Positions 7,683 to 17,106 of a stretch of 64,000 bases of DNA are shown one piece after another; the stretch's first letter is position 1; every line of letters begins with the position of its first letter. The stretch spans positions 24,541 through 88,540 of the forward strand of contig DAJU01000001.1 in NCBI GenBank assembly GCA_002499005.1, given 5' to 3'. Made by a program: the position numbers and the translations under genes. Under the pieces are notes generated by a model that worked only from the letters and a program-made list of their open reading frames with translations, had not been told where the DNA came from and searched no databases. The stretch comes from Thaumarchaeota archaeon UBA164. Its GTDB lineage: Archaea; Thermoproteota; Nitrososphaeria; Conexivisphaerales; UBA164.

Positions 7683-9119
7683 ATGTCAAACATAAACGAA
7701 AGAAAAACAATAATTGACGGCATAAACAAGGCAGGCCTTTCGGGCTTTCACATAAAGGCGTTGCTGGTTTCAGGCCTTGGGTTCTTCACCGACGCATATG
7801 ACCTGTTCATAATAGGGGTTGTGATCTCGCTGCTTCCTTTAGCTGGCTGGACGCCGCTAAGTACTTTAGAGAATTCTATACTTTCATCAACAACAATACT
7901 GTTCACAATAGTTGGCGCCACACTGTTTGGAAGGCTTCTGGACAGGCTTGGCAGAAAAAGAATATACGGCGTTGAGCTGGTTATCCTTATAATAGGCGCC
8001 CTTGGCAGCGCGTTTCTGACTCCTGTAAATGGGCTTTACCAGCTTATCTTCTGGAGAGCCCTTCTTGGAATAGGGATAGGCGGCGACTACGCGGCAAGCT
8101 CAACCATTATGGCGGAGTATGCAAACACCAAGAACAGGGGAATGCTTGTGGCATCGGTCTTTTCGATGCAAAGCCTTGGTTTGGTGAGTGGCCCGGCGCT
8201 TACGCTTTTGCTTTACACATTAAACATTCCAGCGGCAACAATGTGGAGAGTTCTCCTTGCCATAGGGGCCATCCCCCCACTTGCAGTAGTTTACCTGAGG
8301 CGCCGGCTGCCTGAAACACCCAAGTTCCTCCTCGGCGTAAAGGGGGACGCGAAGTCCGCCGCCGAGGCTCTTAACAGCGTTACAAACGCTGGGATCAGGG
8401 TGACCAGCGCTGAAGTTCCAAAGGTGCGCGCAGGGGTAAAGGAGCTTTTCAGCGATCGCAGGCTGGGGCTGCTTCTGCTAGAGGCCGCAGGCGCCTGGTT
8501 CCTTCTTGACTGGGCATTTTACGGCAACAGCCTTCTATCAAGCACAATACTTGGCTTTCTGGCTCCAGCAGGCATATCTGGCATTGAAAAGGTAATGGTG
8601 TCCACTGAGTACTCATTCTTTATCTTCCTTCTGGCAGCATTTCCTGGCTACTGGCTTGCAACGTTTTTGCTGGACAGGATAGGAAGGAGGCCAATACAGC
8701 TGGCAGGGTTCACGGTTATGGCTGCCTCATACGCCGCTATAGGGCTTGTTCCAGGCATTTTAACCAGATCAGCTCTGATGCAGTTTATGCTGCTTTACGG
8801 CCTCAGCTATTTCTTCATTGAGTTTGGGCCAAACGTGACCACGTTTATACTGCCAACGGAGCTCTTTCCTGTTTCAGTTAGAGGCACTGGCCAGGGCATC
8901 TCAGCCGCGGCGGGAAAGCTTGGAGCGTTTGCAGGCCTTATCCTGGATCCCATAATAATAGAGATGTTTAAGGAAAGCGGGTTCTTTATAGTCCTGGCCG
9001 CGCTTTCCGCCGCAGGCGCACTTCTCACATTCCTCTTGCTGCCAGAAACCAAACAGGTACCACTTGAAGAAACTTCACATGAAGAGCTTTACCTGTCAGC
9101 CACCGCCAAGGCCAGCTGA
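7683..9119 (+). CDS. MFS transporter (phosphate/sugar:H+ symporter-like)
   Basis: About 12 TM segments. Contains GFFTDAYDLFIIG and the GRLLDRLGRKR loop motif. 478 aa. Confidence 0.8.
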   Translation: MSNINERKTIIDGINKAGLSGFHIKALLVSGLGFFTDAYDLFIIGVVISLLPLAGWTPLSTLENSILSSTTILFTIVGATLFGRLLDRLGRKRIYGVELVILIIGALGSAFLTPVNGLYQLIFWRALLGIGIGGDYAASSTIMAEYANTKNRGMLVASVFSMQSLGLVSGPALTLLLYTLNIPAATMWRVLLAIGAIPPLAVVYLRRRLPETPKFLLGVKGDAKSAAEALNSVTNAGIRVTSAEVPKVRAGVKELFSDRRLGLLLLEAAGAWFLLDWAFYGNSLLSSTILGFLAPAGISGIEKVMVSTEYSFFIFLLAAFPGYWLATFLLDRIGRRPIQLAGFTVMAASYAAIGLVPGILTRSALMQFMLLYGLSYFFIEFGPNVTTFILPTELFPVSVRGTGQGISAAAGKLGAFAGLILDPIIIEMFKESGFFIVLAALSAAGALLTFLLLPETKQVPLEETSHEELYLSATAKAS

Positions 9120-9473
9120 GCCGGCGGGCCCGCCTTTTTTGTTTTTTATTATTAGCTCCTTTATTGATCCCGATGTCCTGATCGGCACAAGGAATCTTCC
9201 ATTAACCCTCGTAAGGGATATAACAAGAAGCGCAAGGCCCAGGTCATGAGCCCGCGCCCTTACCCTTACAACCACCGCGCCGTCAACGCGCTTTGCGACG
9301 CTAAAGCTGAAAAGATGGTAGAACGCGTCGCCACAGAGCCTTCTGCAGGTCCTTTCAAGGGCCTTTGCTATATCCCTCTCATCTGCTCTGCCGTTAACTT
9401 CACACAGAACGTATCTTTTAAAGTACTTTTTTGATATCCCTTGAACCGCCAAATATTCTCCCCAACTCCTCAT
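9096..9473 (-). CDS. rnp2: RNase P protein component 2 (Pop5)
   Basis: KRYVLCEV...DIAKALERTCRRLCGD...DGAVVVRV...LTRVNGRFLVPIRTSGSIKEL follows the archaeal Pop5 pattern. The start is uncertain because it overlaps the rnp3 3' end. An in-frame TTG lies at 9452. Confidence 0.7.
   Translation of the reverse strand: MRSWGEYLAVQGISKKYFKRYVLCEVNGRADERDIAKALERTCRRLCGDAFYHLFSFSVAKRVDGAVVVRVRARAHDLGLALLVISLTRVNGRFLVPIRTSGSIKELIIKNKKGGPAGSAGLGGG
9121..9147 (+). terminator. GC hairpin plus T-tract downstream of the MFS gene
   Basis: ccggcgggcccgcc is followed by ttttttgtttttt. The element lies inside the 3' tail of the convergent pop5 ORF. Confidence 0.4.
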
Positions 9474-9981
9474 AGAACCTCCTGTATATTATGCTAGATG
9501 CTGGATCAAATCCAGTTATCAAAACCCTTGTAGCTGCCCTTAGCACGGCCGGGCCCACAAGCTCCTCCGGGGATGACGCTCCGCTTCCAAAAATCACCGG
9601 GATCCCCTTCCTGTAAAGCGACAGAAGCCCTTCCCTGACCTCGTCCAGCTGTAGCAGGCCGTTTCTGTAGCCGTTAAAGTCAACCAGAACAGCCCTTATC
9701 CTGTTTGCCCTTTTCCTGTTGTACTCGACAATTGCATGTATGTTCTCTGCCGTTGCCTCCACAACAGGCATCGGGCAGCATACGTCAGGCCTTGTCATGT
9801 ACCTGTAAACTTCTATGCTTCCCAGGCCGTCCTCAGGCGGCTCTCCTCCAAAGTATGCAACCGTTGAGAACCTGAGCTCCACGGCCCTTTTCAACACCTC
9901 CTGGCTCATTGACCTGATAAGCAGGTCTGAACGCATTAGCCGATTTATTTTATCGCCAGGCCTGCTGCTGATCGAGACCAT
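9418..9981 (-). CDS. rnp3: RNase P protein component 3 (Rpp30-like)
   Basis: The rnp3-rnp2 gene order is typical of archaea. The C-terminal VIFGSGASSPEELVGPAVLRAATRVL resembles the Rpp30 SSgA.s..elr.P..l motif. Confidence 0.6.
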   Translation of the reverse strand: MVSISSRPGDKINRLMRSDLLIRSMSQEVLKRAVELRFSTVAYFGGEPPEDGLGSIEVYRYMTRPDVCCPMPVVEATAENIHAIVEYNRKRANRIRAVLVDFNGYRNGLLQLDEVREGLLSLYRKGIPVIFGSGASSPEELVGPAVLRAATRVLITGFDPASSIIYRRFYEELGRIFGGSRDIKKVL

Positions 9982-10020
9982 AGCGCAAAGCTTATAACAG
10001 GTCTATTTTATTTAATTCTT

Positions 10021-10251
10021 ATGGCCATTGCGTATGTATTGATAAACGCGGACATGGGAGCTGAAGAGGATGTGTTAAAGCAGCTCAGGCAGACGCCCGG
10101 GGTTAAGGAGGCATACCTTGTTTACGGCGTGTATGACATGATCGTTAAGGTTGAATCTGAGAGCATGGAAGAGGTAAAGGAGATAATAACATGGAAGATC
10201 AGGAGGCTGGAGAAGGTAAGGTCCACGCTGTCCCTTATAGTTATAGAATAA
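10021..10251 (+). CDS. stand-alone Lrp/AsnC-type ligand-binding (RAM) domain protein
   Basis: 76 aa. The pattern AYVLI......E..V...L...PGVKEAYLVYGVYDMIVKVE matches the family. Confidence 0.75.
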   Translation: MAIAYVLINADMGAEEDVLKQLRQTPGVKEAYLVYGVYDMIVKVESESMEEVKEIITWKIRRLEKVRSTLSLIVIE

Positions 10252-10276
10252 AGCTTCCTGCTTAGGTAGAAACGGG

Positions 10277-11296
10277 TTGCTTTATTTAGTTGGATTAGGG
10301 ATTAACCCTCCTGAAACAATACCATGCGGTGGCATGGACGCAATAAAATCATGCGCCGTAAGGCTCCTTGATTCATATACAACACCCCTTGGCAAAGAGG
10401 AGCTCAGCGCCCTTTCAACCGCGCTTGGAGCTGAGATGGCCGGCAGGGAGGTTCTGGAGGACGTTAACAGAATTGTGGGGCTGGCCAGGGAAAGGGACGT
10501 ATGTGTTCTCGTGTACGGGGACCCGTTTCTTGCCACAACGCATCAGGCGCTAAGAGTTGAGGCGCTTATAAGGGGGGTTGCCGTAAAAGTCTACTATGCT
10601 GCCGGGTTTTTAAACGCCATTTTTGGCGAACTGGGCCTTCACCTTTACAAGCTTGGCAGCATTTCCACTCTTGTCGAAGGCGATCTTGGCTCTGCAATGT
10701 ACGTTTACAGGGAGGTCCAGAGGTCCCTTGCCCTGGGAAAGCATTCAACGGTGGTGCTGGCGGTTAAGGGGCCAGCTGGCAAGGCCCTTGAGGGCCTCGT
10801 TGAAGCGGAAAAGAACTACAGGGCAGGGGTTTTCACCGAAGACAGGTGGATTATAGCCGCGTCAAGGGTAGGACTGAAGGACGAAAGCGTAAGGTCCTTT
10901 ACACTTAGGGACGCGTTTGACGCTGACCTTCCTCAGCCTGTAGCGCTGATTGTTCCAGCAGCGCTGCACTTCACCGAAGAGGAAGCCCTAAGGGCAAGGC
11001 ACATACAGGTTCTTAAGGTTAAAGAAGTTCCTACAGAGGAACGCATGAGGGCTGAGCGCATAGTTAAAATGTTGCGCGCAGTTCTCCCCCAGATAAGCGA
11101 TGAGGAAAGGGCCAAGCTCAGGGGTCTTGTTGAAAACGTCGAAAATTATACAGACGACGCGGAGAACTATCTCAGCCAAAAGGAGGACGCCCTGGCTCTT
11201 ATGCAGGCAGCATACGCAGAGGGCCTTCTTGATTCCCTGAGGCTAATGGGGCTGAAAGAGATACGGTGGCCCAACTCGCCTCGCGACGTTCAGTAA
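10277..11296 (+). CDS. dph5: diphthine synthase fused to a C-terminal DUF357-like domain
   Basis: The N-terminus MLYLVGLGI...LLDSYT...VCVLVYGDPFLATTH is a tetrapyrrole-methylase-fold Dph5. The last 80 aa or so, NYTDDAENYLSQKEDALALMQAAYAEGLLDSLRLMG, match the DUF357 pattern. Confidence 0.75.
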   Translation: MLYLVGLGINPPETIPCGGMDAIKSCAVRLLDSYTTPLGKEELSALSTALGAEMAGREVLEDVNRIVGLARERDVCVLVYGDPFLATTHQALRVEALIRGVAVKVYYAAGFLNAIFGELGLHLYKLGSISTLVEGDLGSAMYVYREVQRSLALGKHSTVVLAVKGPAGKALEGLVEAEKNYRAGVFTEDRWIIAASRVGLKDESVRSFTLRDAFDADLPQPVALIVPAALHFTEEEALRARHIQVLKVKEVPTEERMRAERIVKMLRAVLPQISDEERAKLRGLVENVENYTDDAENYLSQKEDALALMQAAYAEGLLDSLRLMGLKEIRWPNSPRDVQ

Positions 11297-11697
11297 ATTA
11301 TCGTAAAGGTTCCCCTTTCCTCTTCCTTTAACAGATCAACGATTTCACGGGGGAGGTCTATTGCCGCCGCAGTGCTTTTTATCGCAAGCGTCCTGTCTGA
11401 GATAAAGGTGCTCTTTCTTACAACTATGTCGGTTTCATGGGAAAGAGGAAGAGCAGGGTCCCCTGCAGCCAAAAGGGTGAAGCTAAGCCCCCTAACAGCT
11501 ATGACAATTCTCACTGTCCCGCCGCTCCTGAGATGCTGTTTTAGGCTCTCTGGCAGATCCTTTACGGAAGCCGACGCCCTCACCCCTATTATGCAGTCCC
11601 CCCTCTCGGTCAGATGCTCTTCCCTGGTGATTTCCAGGGTTGTTCTGTGAAGCGCCCTTACGTTCTTATGTCCGAAGAATTCTATTGAGTACTCCAT
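11290..11697 (-). CDS. DUF371 domain protein
   Basis: FFGHKNVRALHRTTLEITREEHLTERGDCIIGV is the DUF371 signature. 135 aa. Confidence 0.7.
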   Translation of the reverse strand: MEYSIEFFGHKNVRALHRTTLEITREEHLTERGDCIIGVRASASVKDLPESLKQHLRSGGTVRIVIAVRGLSFTLLAAGDPALPLSHETDIVVRKSTFISDRTLAIKSTAAAIDLPREIVDLLKEEERGTFTIIY

Positions 11698-11702
11698 GTC
11701 CG

Positions 11703-12515
11703 TTAAGCCAGAAGGTCAACGATCTTCCTAAGCGAATCCTTTGGCGGGCCTTCATCCAGCATGTCAAGCCTTTCCCTAGCAATGCGGCCGTACTTATCAA
11801 GTATGTAGTTGATCTCAGACACCGTCATGTTTTCAACCATGTTTATTATCTCGTTTTTATTTTCCCTGTCCTTAAGGTCGTCCTTAACCTGATAAAGGAT
11901 GCCAAGGGATCTCCCCAACTCGCTCATCTCGGTGTACATCTCAGGCTTTGCTGATAGAAGAGCGCCCAGTCCAGCTGATGCCTCAAACAGCGAAGCCGTT
12001 TTCTTTTCTATTATTGACATGTACTTGGACAGACTTATTGTTTCACCAGACCTGACGGCCTGCAGCTCATCCTCCTCACCCTCGCTCATCTTAACGCTGG
12101 TTAACGAAATGACGTCAAGCACGGCCGGATTGTGATACACGTTCACAAGGTCAATTATAATTCCAAACACATAATCAGTAATTAAAAGGGCGTTCTCATG
12201 CCCGTACTTTATGTAAAAAGGTTCCTTCCCCCTTCTCTCCACCTCTCTGTCAATGACGTCGTCGTGTATTAGGGAGAGCGCGTGTATAAGCTCCACCGAC
12301 ATGGCCGCATTAAACGGGTCATCCCTTTCGCCAAGCGCCTTATGGACCAGATAAAGAAGCATGGGCCTTATTCGTTTGCCTCCTCTAAGGGAAAACGCTA
12401 GCATACTGTAGAATGGAGATGAAGAATATGCCCTCAGCCTCTCCTGCAGGCTAGCTTCAAAACTAGATAAGAAATTTGCATTAACGCCTTCGGCGATTTC
12501 CTGCAGGTCCATCAA
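11703..12515 (-). CDS. short polyprenyl (geranylgeranyl-type) diphosphate synthase
   Basis: The first aspartate-rich motif is LIHDDVIDRE and the second region is YQVKDDLKD. 270 aa, which is short for the family. Confidence 0.75.
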   Translation of the reverse strand: MMDLQEIAEGVNANFLSSFEASLQERLRAYSSSPFYSMLAFSLRGGKRIRPMLLYLVHKALGERDDPFNAAMSVELIHALSLIHDDVIDREVERRGKEPFYIKYGHENALLITDYVFGIIIDLVNVYHNPAVLDVISLTSVKMSEGEEDELQAVRSGETISLSKYMSIIEKKTASLFEASAGLGALLSAKPEMYTEMSELGRSLGILYQVKDDLKDRENKNEIINMVENMTVSEINYILDKYGRIARERLDMLDEGPPKDSLRKIVDLLA

Positions 12516-12598
12516 ATCGCACCTGCAAGGAATTCATCTCATCCGCGTTTTAAATATTTTCATGTTTTATTGAAAGCGGCCTTTAATCTATAAAAAAA

Positions 12599-14656
12599 TT
12601 AAACGAGATGCATTAACATGATTAGCATGCCTATCCCCTTTATTGCCAGGAATGGCAGGACTATACCTCCAACCCCATAAATAAGGAAGTTCCATGTGAA
12701 TATCTCTAGAGGAGTTCCGGCCCTTATGGGCACCCCTCTGATTGCAAGAGGTATAAGGGCAGGTATTATGAACGCGTTGTAAATAAGAGCTGATATCACG
12801 GCAACGTGAAGCGGAAGGCCAAGCACGTCAAGCCTTGCCGCTGACGGGAGAAACGCTATCAGCGCCGGCAGCACCACAAAGTACTTTGAAATGTCGTTTG
12901 CTATGGAGAATGCGGTTATGGATCCCCTGGTTGTCAAAAGCCTTTTGCCAACAAGGACAACCTCTATGAGCTTTGACGGATCGGACTCCAGGTCCACCAT
13001 GTTTGCCGCTTCCTTTGCAACGTTTGTGCCGGAGTTCATGGCCAGCCCAACGTTTGCAATGGCCAGGGCCGGCGCATCATTAACCCCATCACCAACCATA
13101 GCTATGACCTTTCCCTTCTTCTGTTCGTTCATTGCTATGCTGTGCTTGTCTTCAGGCCTTGCCTCTGGGACAAACTTGTCAACTCCAAGCTCCTTGGCTA
13201 TGGCCTCGGCCGTAAGCCTGTGATCGCCCGTTATAAGTTGTAGCTCTATCCCCATGGACTTGAGAAGTCTTATCTTCTCCTTCACGCCCTCCTTTAGCAC
13301 GTCCTTCAGCTCTATGAGCCCTATAACTTCATCATAATAGGCAACAGCCAGGGGAGAGCTGCCGTTCCTTGCTATTTCGTTAACCTTTTCATCGAAGTCA
13401 TCTGGCACCTTGAACATCTTCTTCATTATGTCCGGCGCACCCTTAAAGACTGGTATCTCGCCGTTAAGGTAAAGGCCGAACAGATCGCTTTTTCTGATAA
13501 GGCCAAAGCTCCTGTACACCTCTTTGCCCTTTCCATCAACAAGCTTCAGAAACACCCCGCTCTTCCTGGTCTTTGCGGAGAACTCCTCATAAGATGACCT
13601 CATTGCAGAGTCAAGATCGCCTGAAATATAACCCTTTGACTGCAGGAACCGTATTATGGCTTTTCCCTCAGGGGTATCGTCCTGAACGCTTGAAAGAAAT
13701 GCGGCCTCAGCGACCTCTTTCTCGGTATGGCCTTTCAGCGGCACTATCCTTACCGGCTCCCTTTTTCCTATGGTAACAGTTCCCGTCTTATCAAGCAGCA
13801 CCACGTCCACGTCACCTGCATTTTCAACAGCCTTTCCTGACTTGGCAATAACCTTCATCTGCAGAAGCTTTGCTATGCCAGAAATGCCTATGGCCTCTTC
13901 AAGGGCTCCTATGGTGGTTGGCAGAAGGCATACATAAAAAGCCATAAGGATAAGGGGGTTTGGGACAACACCCTCAGCCATAAGCAACAGGTACAGGAAA
14001 ATTATAATTGTTGAAAAAAGCACCGCGAACATGCTTACCAGCACGTGAAGCGCTCTTTCATTTTCTCCCCTGGGCCTCTTTGAGCTTGAAATGAGCCTAG
14101 CAACCCTTATTACGAACGATTCCTCCAGGCTTTTTACAACCTTAACCTTTATGCTGTCGCTGACAACCTTTGAGCCGCCTATAACTTCATCGTTGGCTGA
14201 TTTGATAACCGGGACAGATTCCCCTGTAACAAGGGATTCATCTATGGCCGCTTCGCCTTCAACAATAACCCCGTCTATAGGTATTATCTCCCCGGCTCGC
14301 ACTTCTATTATGTCTCCCGGCCTCAGCATTTCTGCTGATACGATAACTTCAGCCCCCGAGCGGGGATCAACCTTTCTGGCAGTGTAGCTTGAAGCAGCTG
14401 AAATTAAAAGGTCTGCGGCTGACTTGGTTTTGAACTCAGAAAAAGCGTCAGAAAGAGTGCCAAACCAGACGGTCAGAAACAACAGGACTATTATTGCTAT
14501 TGCATAAGGCGACCTCAGCCCGGTTGCAGCAGAGTAAACAAGGGCTATGAAAAACGCCAGTTCCGCAAGGAACATCGTGGGGTTTTTTATAAGATAAACT
14601 GGGGAAAGCCTAAGGAACGACTCCTTCAGGACCGTTAGCAGGCCCTTTAATGTCAA
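12599..14656 (-). CDS. kdpB: potassium-transporting P-type ATPase subunit B
   Basis: Contains DKTGTVT, GDGVNDAPALA and TGDHRLTA. The full length of 685 aa is collinear with E. coli KdpB, including the C-terminal WIYG.GG..PF..IK. Confidence 0.93.
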   Translation of the reverse strand: MTLKGLLTVLKESFLRLSPVYLIKNPTMFLAELAFFIALVYSAATGLRSPYAIAIIVLLFLTVWFGTLSDAFSEFKTKSAADLLISAASSYTARKVDPRSGAEVIVSAEMLRPGDIIEVRAGEIIPIDGVIVEGEAAIDESLVTGESVPVIKSANDEVIGGSKVVSDSIKVKVVKSLEESFVIRVARLISSSKRPRGENERALHVLVSMFAVLFSTIIIFLYLLLMAEGVVPNPLILMAFYVCLLPTTIGALEEAIGISGIAKLLQMKVIAKSGKAVENAGDVDVVLLDKTGTVTIGKREPVRIVPLKGHTEKEVAEAAFLSSVQDDTPEGKAIIRFLQSKGYISGDLDSAMRSSYEEFSAKTRKSGVFLKLVDGKGKEVYRSFGLIRKSDLFGLYLNGEIPVFKGAPDIMKKMFKVPDDFDEKVNEIARNGSSPLAVAYYDEVIGLIELKDVLKEGVKEKIRLLKSMGIELQLITGDHRLTAEAIAKELGVDKFVPEARPEDKHSIAMNEQKKGKVIAMVGDGVNDAPALAIANVGLAMNSGTNVAKEAANMVDLESDPSKLIEVVLVGKRLLTTRGSITAFSIANDISKYFVVLPALIAFLPSAARLDVLGLPLHVAVISALIYNAFIIPALIPLAIRGVPIRAGTPLEIFTWNFLIYGVGGIVLPFLAIKGIGMLIMLMHLV

Positions 14657-14662
14657 TTTTAC

Positions 14663-16153
14663 TCACGCAAGAGGTCCTAAGGCTAGGAGAGGAAATATGC
14701 TTAAAATGTTTAATATAAAATTAAAGACAAGAAGCGCCACTGCAAATCTCATGCTTGCGACATCAACCACGGCCTCCTCGGTGCCTTTTGCGGCCTTTTC
14801 CTCTGCAAGAAGATAAGCAAGGTAAAGGCCAAGGAGTAAGGTGACGTATCTGCCGGCCAGCATAAGTCCTGACGTAATCCAGTTAAGCGCTGCAGTGTTG
14901 CCAAATGGCCCGTAAAAATCAGAACCGTTGTTAAATGCGGATGAGACGACTTCCCAAAGCATTGCAGTAAACCCTGATCCAAAATACGCATGGAACGTTG
15001 CTCCGGATGTAGCTATCGCGGCAAACAGCCCCGCATAAACTATTACAGGCTTCGAAAGAAAAGCCACTGAGACCACTGCAACGTCCTTTGTCCTTAACCT
15101 TCTTCCTAGGAAATAGGGGAGCCTTCCTGACATGAGCCCTACAAAAAATATCGAGAGCATCATCAAAAACAGGAGCTCAACAAACCCTGTGCCAACGCTT
15201 CCCGGCAAGTTGCCAAAGACCATCAGTATAATGTAAAGCGTCTGTTGAACCGGCGTCAGCGAGGACAGGCTTACAAGTGTGGCGCCTGTATTGGTGCCCA
15301 TTGAGACGCTCATAAATGCGTTTGAAAGGGCGTTGCCAACCTGCAACGGATATCCAGGGATTCGCTCGAACGCGGCCACAGCAAGGGGCACCATGCCAAG
15401 GATGATCGCAACGTAAAGTGCTGCTGTGGCCTTGAGTTTTCTGATCTTCATTCCAAAAAGCCATATTAGTGAAAACGGGATTATGAGCATTTCAAGAGTT
15501 CCTAATATTGTGGTTTCAGCGTTTGGATTCGCAAGGGGCAGGTAAAACCCGCTGGAAAAGTACGGCCCGCCGTTTGTGCCTAAAAGAGTCTGTGAGTTTA
15601 TTAGCGCAATGGGACCAGGCCTTATTCCAGAGGTTTGCAGCGCATGCAAGTCCATTGGTATGCCAAGCGCAATAGAAGCTACAGTGAATATAGCAACGAG
15701 CAGGGCAAATACAATCGTTGAGACAAGAGCATTTATCAAAAAATCACCAAGCCTGGAGTCAGAGAAAGATGATATCAACGACATAGCCACCGACATGCCG
15801 GTTATTGGAGCAACCCACTGGAGCAGCCCAAGGGAGGCTAGAAAGCCAATATACGTAAGCGTGGTTTCACCAGCAAAGTGCTGAAGGTTAGTTCCAGTAA
15901 GGTATGATATCACCGCATTTATAGCAAGGGGGATATTGTTGGCGAAGGCTGCATACCTGATCAGAACGGCTAATGATATCACAGACGCCAGAACGTTAAA
16001 GATCACAAGCTCTGTGATGTACATCCCTACGCTCCTGTCCTTTCCTTTAAACTTGTCTTCAAGGAACTTGAGCAAAAGCGCAACTGGGTATGAGATCACT
16101 ATTGCAGCAAGCACCAAGACGGAGAAAAGCATTGCATAAGCAAGCTCATTCAA
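14663..16153 (-). CDS. kdpA: potassium-transporting ATPase subunit A
   Basis: Contains GTNLQHFAGETTLTY, LLGTNGGPYF and a C-terminal LALGPLA. These match KdpA selectivity-filter regions. At 496 aa it is shorter than the E. coli protein. Confidence 0.9.
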   Translation of the reverse strand: MNELAYAMLFSVLVLAAIVISYPVALLLKFLEDKFKGKDRSVGMYITELVIFNVLASVISLAVLIRYAAFANNIPLAINAVISYLTGTNLQHFAGETTLTYIGFLASLGLLQWVAPITGMSVAMSLISSFSDSRLGDFLINALVSTIVFALLVAIFTVASIALGIPMDLHALQTSGIRPGPIALINSQTLLGTNGGPYFSSGFYLPLANPNAETTILGTLEMLIIPFSLIWLFGMKIRKLKATAALYVAIILGMVPLAVAAFERIPGYPLQVGNALSNAFMSVSMGTNTGATLVSLSSLTPVQQTLYIILMVFGNLPGSVGTGFVELLFLMMLSIFFVGLMSGRLPYFLGRRLRTKDVAVVSVAFLSKPVIVYAGLFAAIATSGATFHAYFGSGFTAMLWEVVSSAFNNGSDFYGPFGNTAALNWITSGLMLAGRYVTLLLGLYLAYLLAEEKAAKGTEEAVVDVASMRFAVALLVFNFILNILSIFPLLALGPLA

Positions 16154-16615
16154 TCAACCTGCCCCCTCTATGGCACCCTTTCCTTTTTCAGTCAGGATGT
16201 ATTTAAAAGGTTTATCTTGGCTTGCCCGCTCTATAAGCCCCATTTCGTACAGCTTTTTCAGCTCCCTCGTTATATGCTCCCGTGTCAGGCCGAGCCTTTG
16301 CTGTATTTCCTTAGCCGTTGTAGGTGACTCACAAAGCTTTATGATCTCAATCTCTGTGCTTGTGAGCTTTACCGGCTTTTGCACAGTGGATTCCGCAGCA
16401 GGAGGGGTTGATGTCACAGATGATGTCTTCGCCTTATTGATCTCCTGCTCGTATATTCTTCTGGCTATAATGTCACTGTATCCATCCAGGCTTTCCTTTA
16501 AAGTTTCATATTTGCTTGCAATTTTCAGGTACAGGTATACGGATATCACTATTGCAACAGCCCCCATCGCTATTGACGTCGCCGCGAGGAGCTCAAGTGA
16601 TATCAAGATAATCAA
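16154..16615 (-). CDS. membrane-anchored winged-helix DNA-binding protein, first gene of the kdp operon
   Basis: Has an N-terminal TM segment (ISLELLAATSIAMGAVAIVISVYLYL), a linker, and a C-terminal wHTH (IEIIKLCESPTTAKEIQQRLGLTREHITRELKKLYEMGLIER). Its stop codon abuts the kdpA start. Confidence 0.6.
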   Translation of the reverse strand: MIILISLELLAATSIAMGAVAIVISVYLYLKIASKYETLKESLDGYSDIIARRIYEQEINKAKTSSVTSTPPAAESTVQKPVKLTSTEIEIIKLCESPTTAKEIQQRLGLTREHITRELKKLYEMGLIERASQDKPFKYILTEKGKGAIEGAG

Positions 16616-16731
16616 TAGTAGATCATCACTGTATATTTAAGCATTAGGTCACCGGACTTATGCTGCACATAACAAACGCCGCAAGCCTAAAAACTGCAAA
16701 CTATATAAAATAATATAGCTAAAAAGACCGC

Positions 16732-17106
16732 ATGCAAGGCGTTTTAGAGGAGATTCTTAAAAATTCATGTTTAACAAAAATTCAGCTTTATACATTTTTA
16801 ATTAAAAAGGGATCTTTAACGGGCCTATCAAAAGACGATGTAGATGTGATGAACTCAATTAAAGCTAGACCAAGCGGTGAGGTGTCAACAATAAGGGCCC
16901 AGGCCAGAAGAAACATAAAGTCTGCAATTTATACTTTAGTAATTCTAAGGGCGACCGGCGCCCTTGGAGAAGAGGAGCTGAGGGGCGTGCTTGAGCTTGG
17001 TGCTGAAGTAAACAGGCTACTTTCCTTAGCTCCAGAGCTTTCAGAAGGTGAACTCAGTGAAATAATGGAAGCGCTTGAAAGCGCGGTAAGTTCAATGCTG
17101 TTTTAG
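16732..17106 (+). CDS. hypothetical protein, possible Tfx/sigma-70 region-4-like HTH
   Basis: LTKIQLYTFLIKKG...VSTIRAQARRNIKSAIYTL weakly resembles Tfx-type HTH proteins. Confidence 0.35.
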   Translation: MQGVLEEILKNSCLTKIQLYTFLIKKGSLTGLSKDDVDVMNSIKARPSGEVSTIRAQARRNIKSAIYTLVILRATGALGEEELRGVLELGAEVNRLLSLAPELSEGELSEIMEALESAVSSMLF

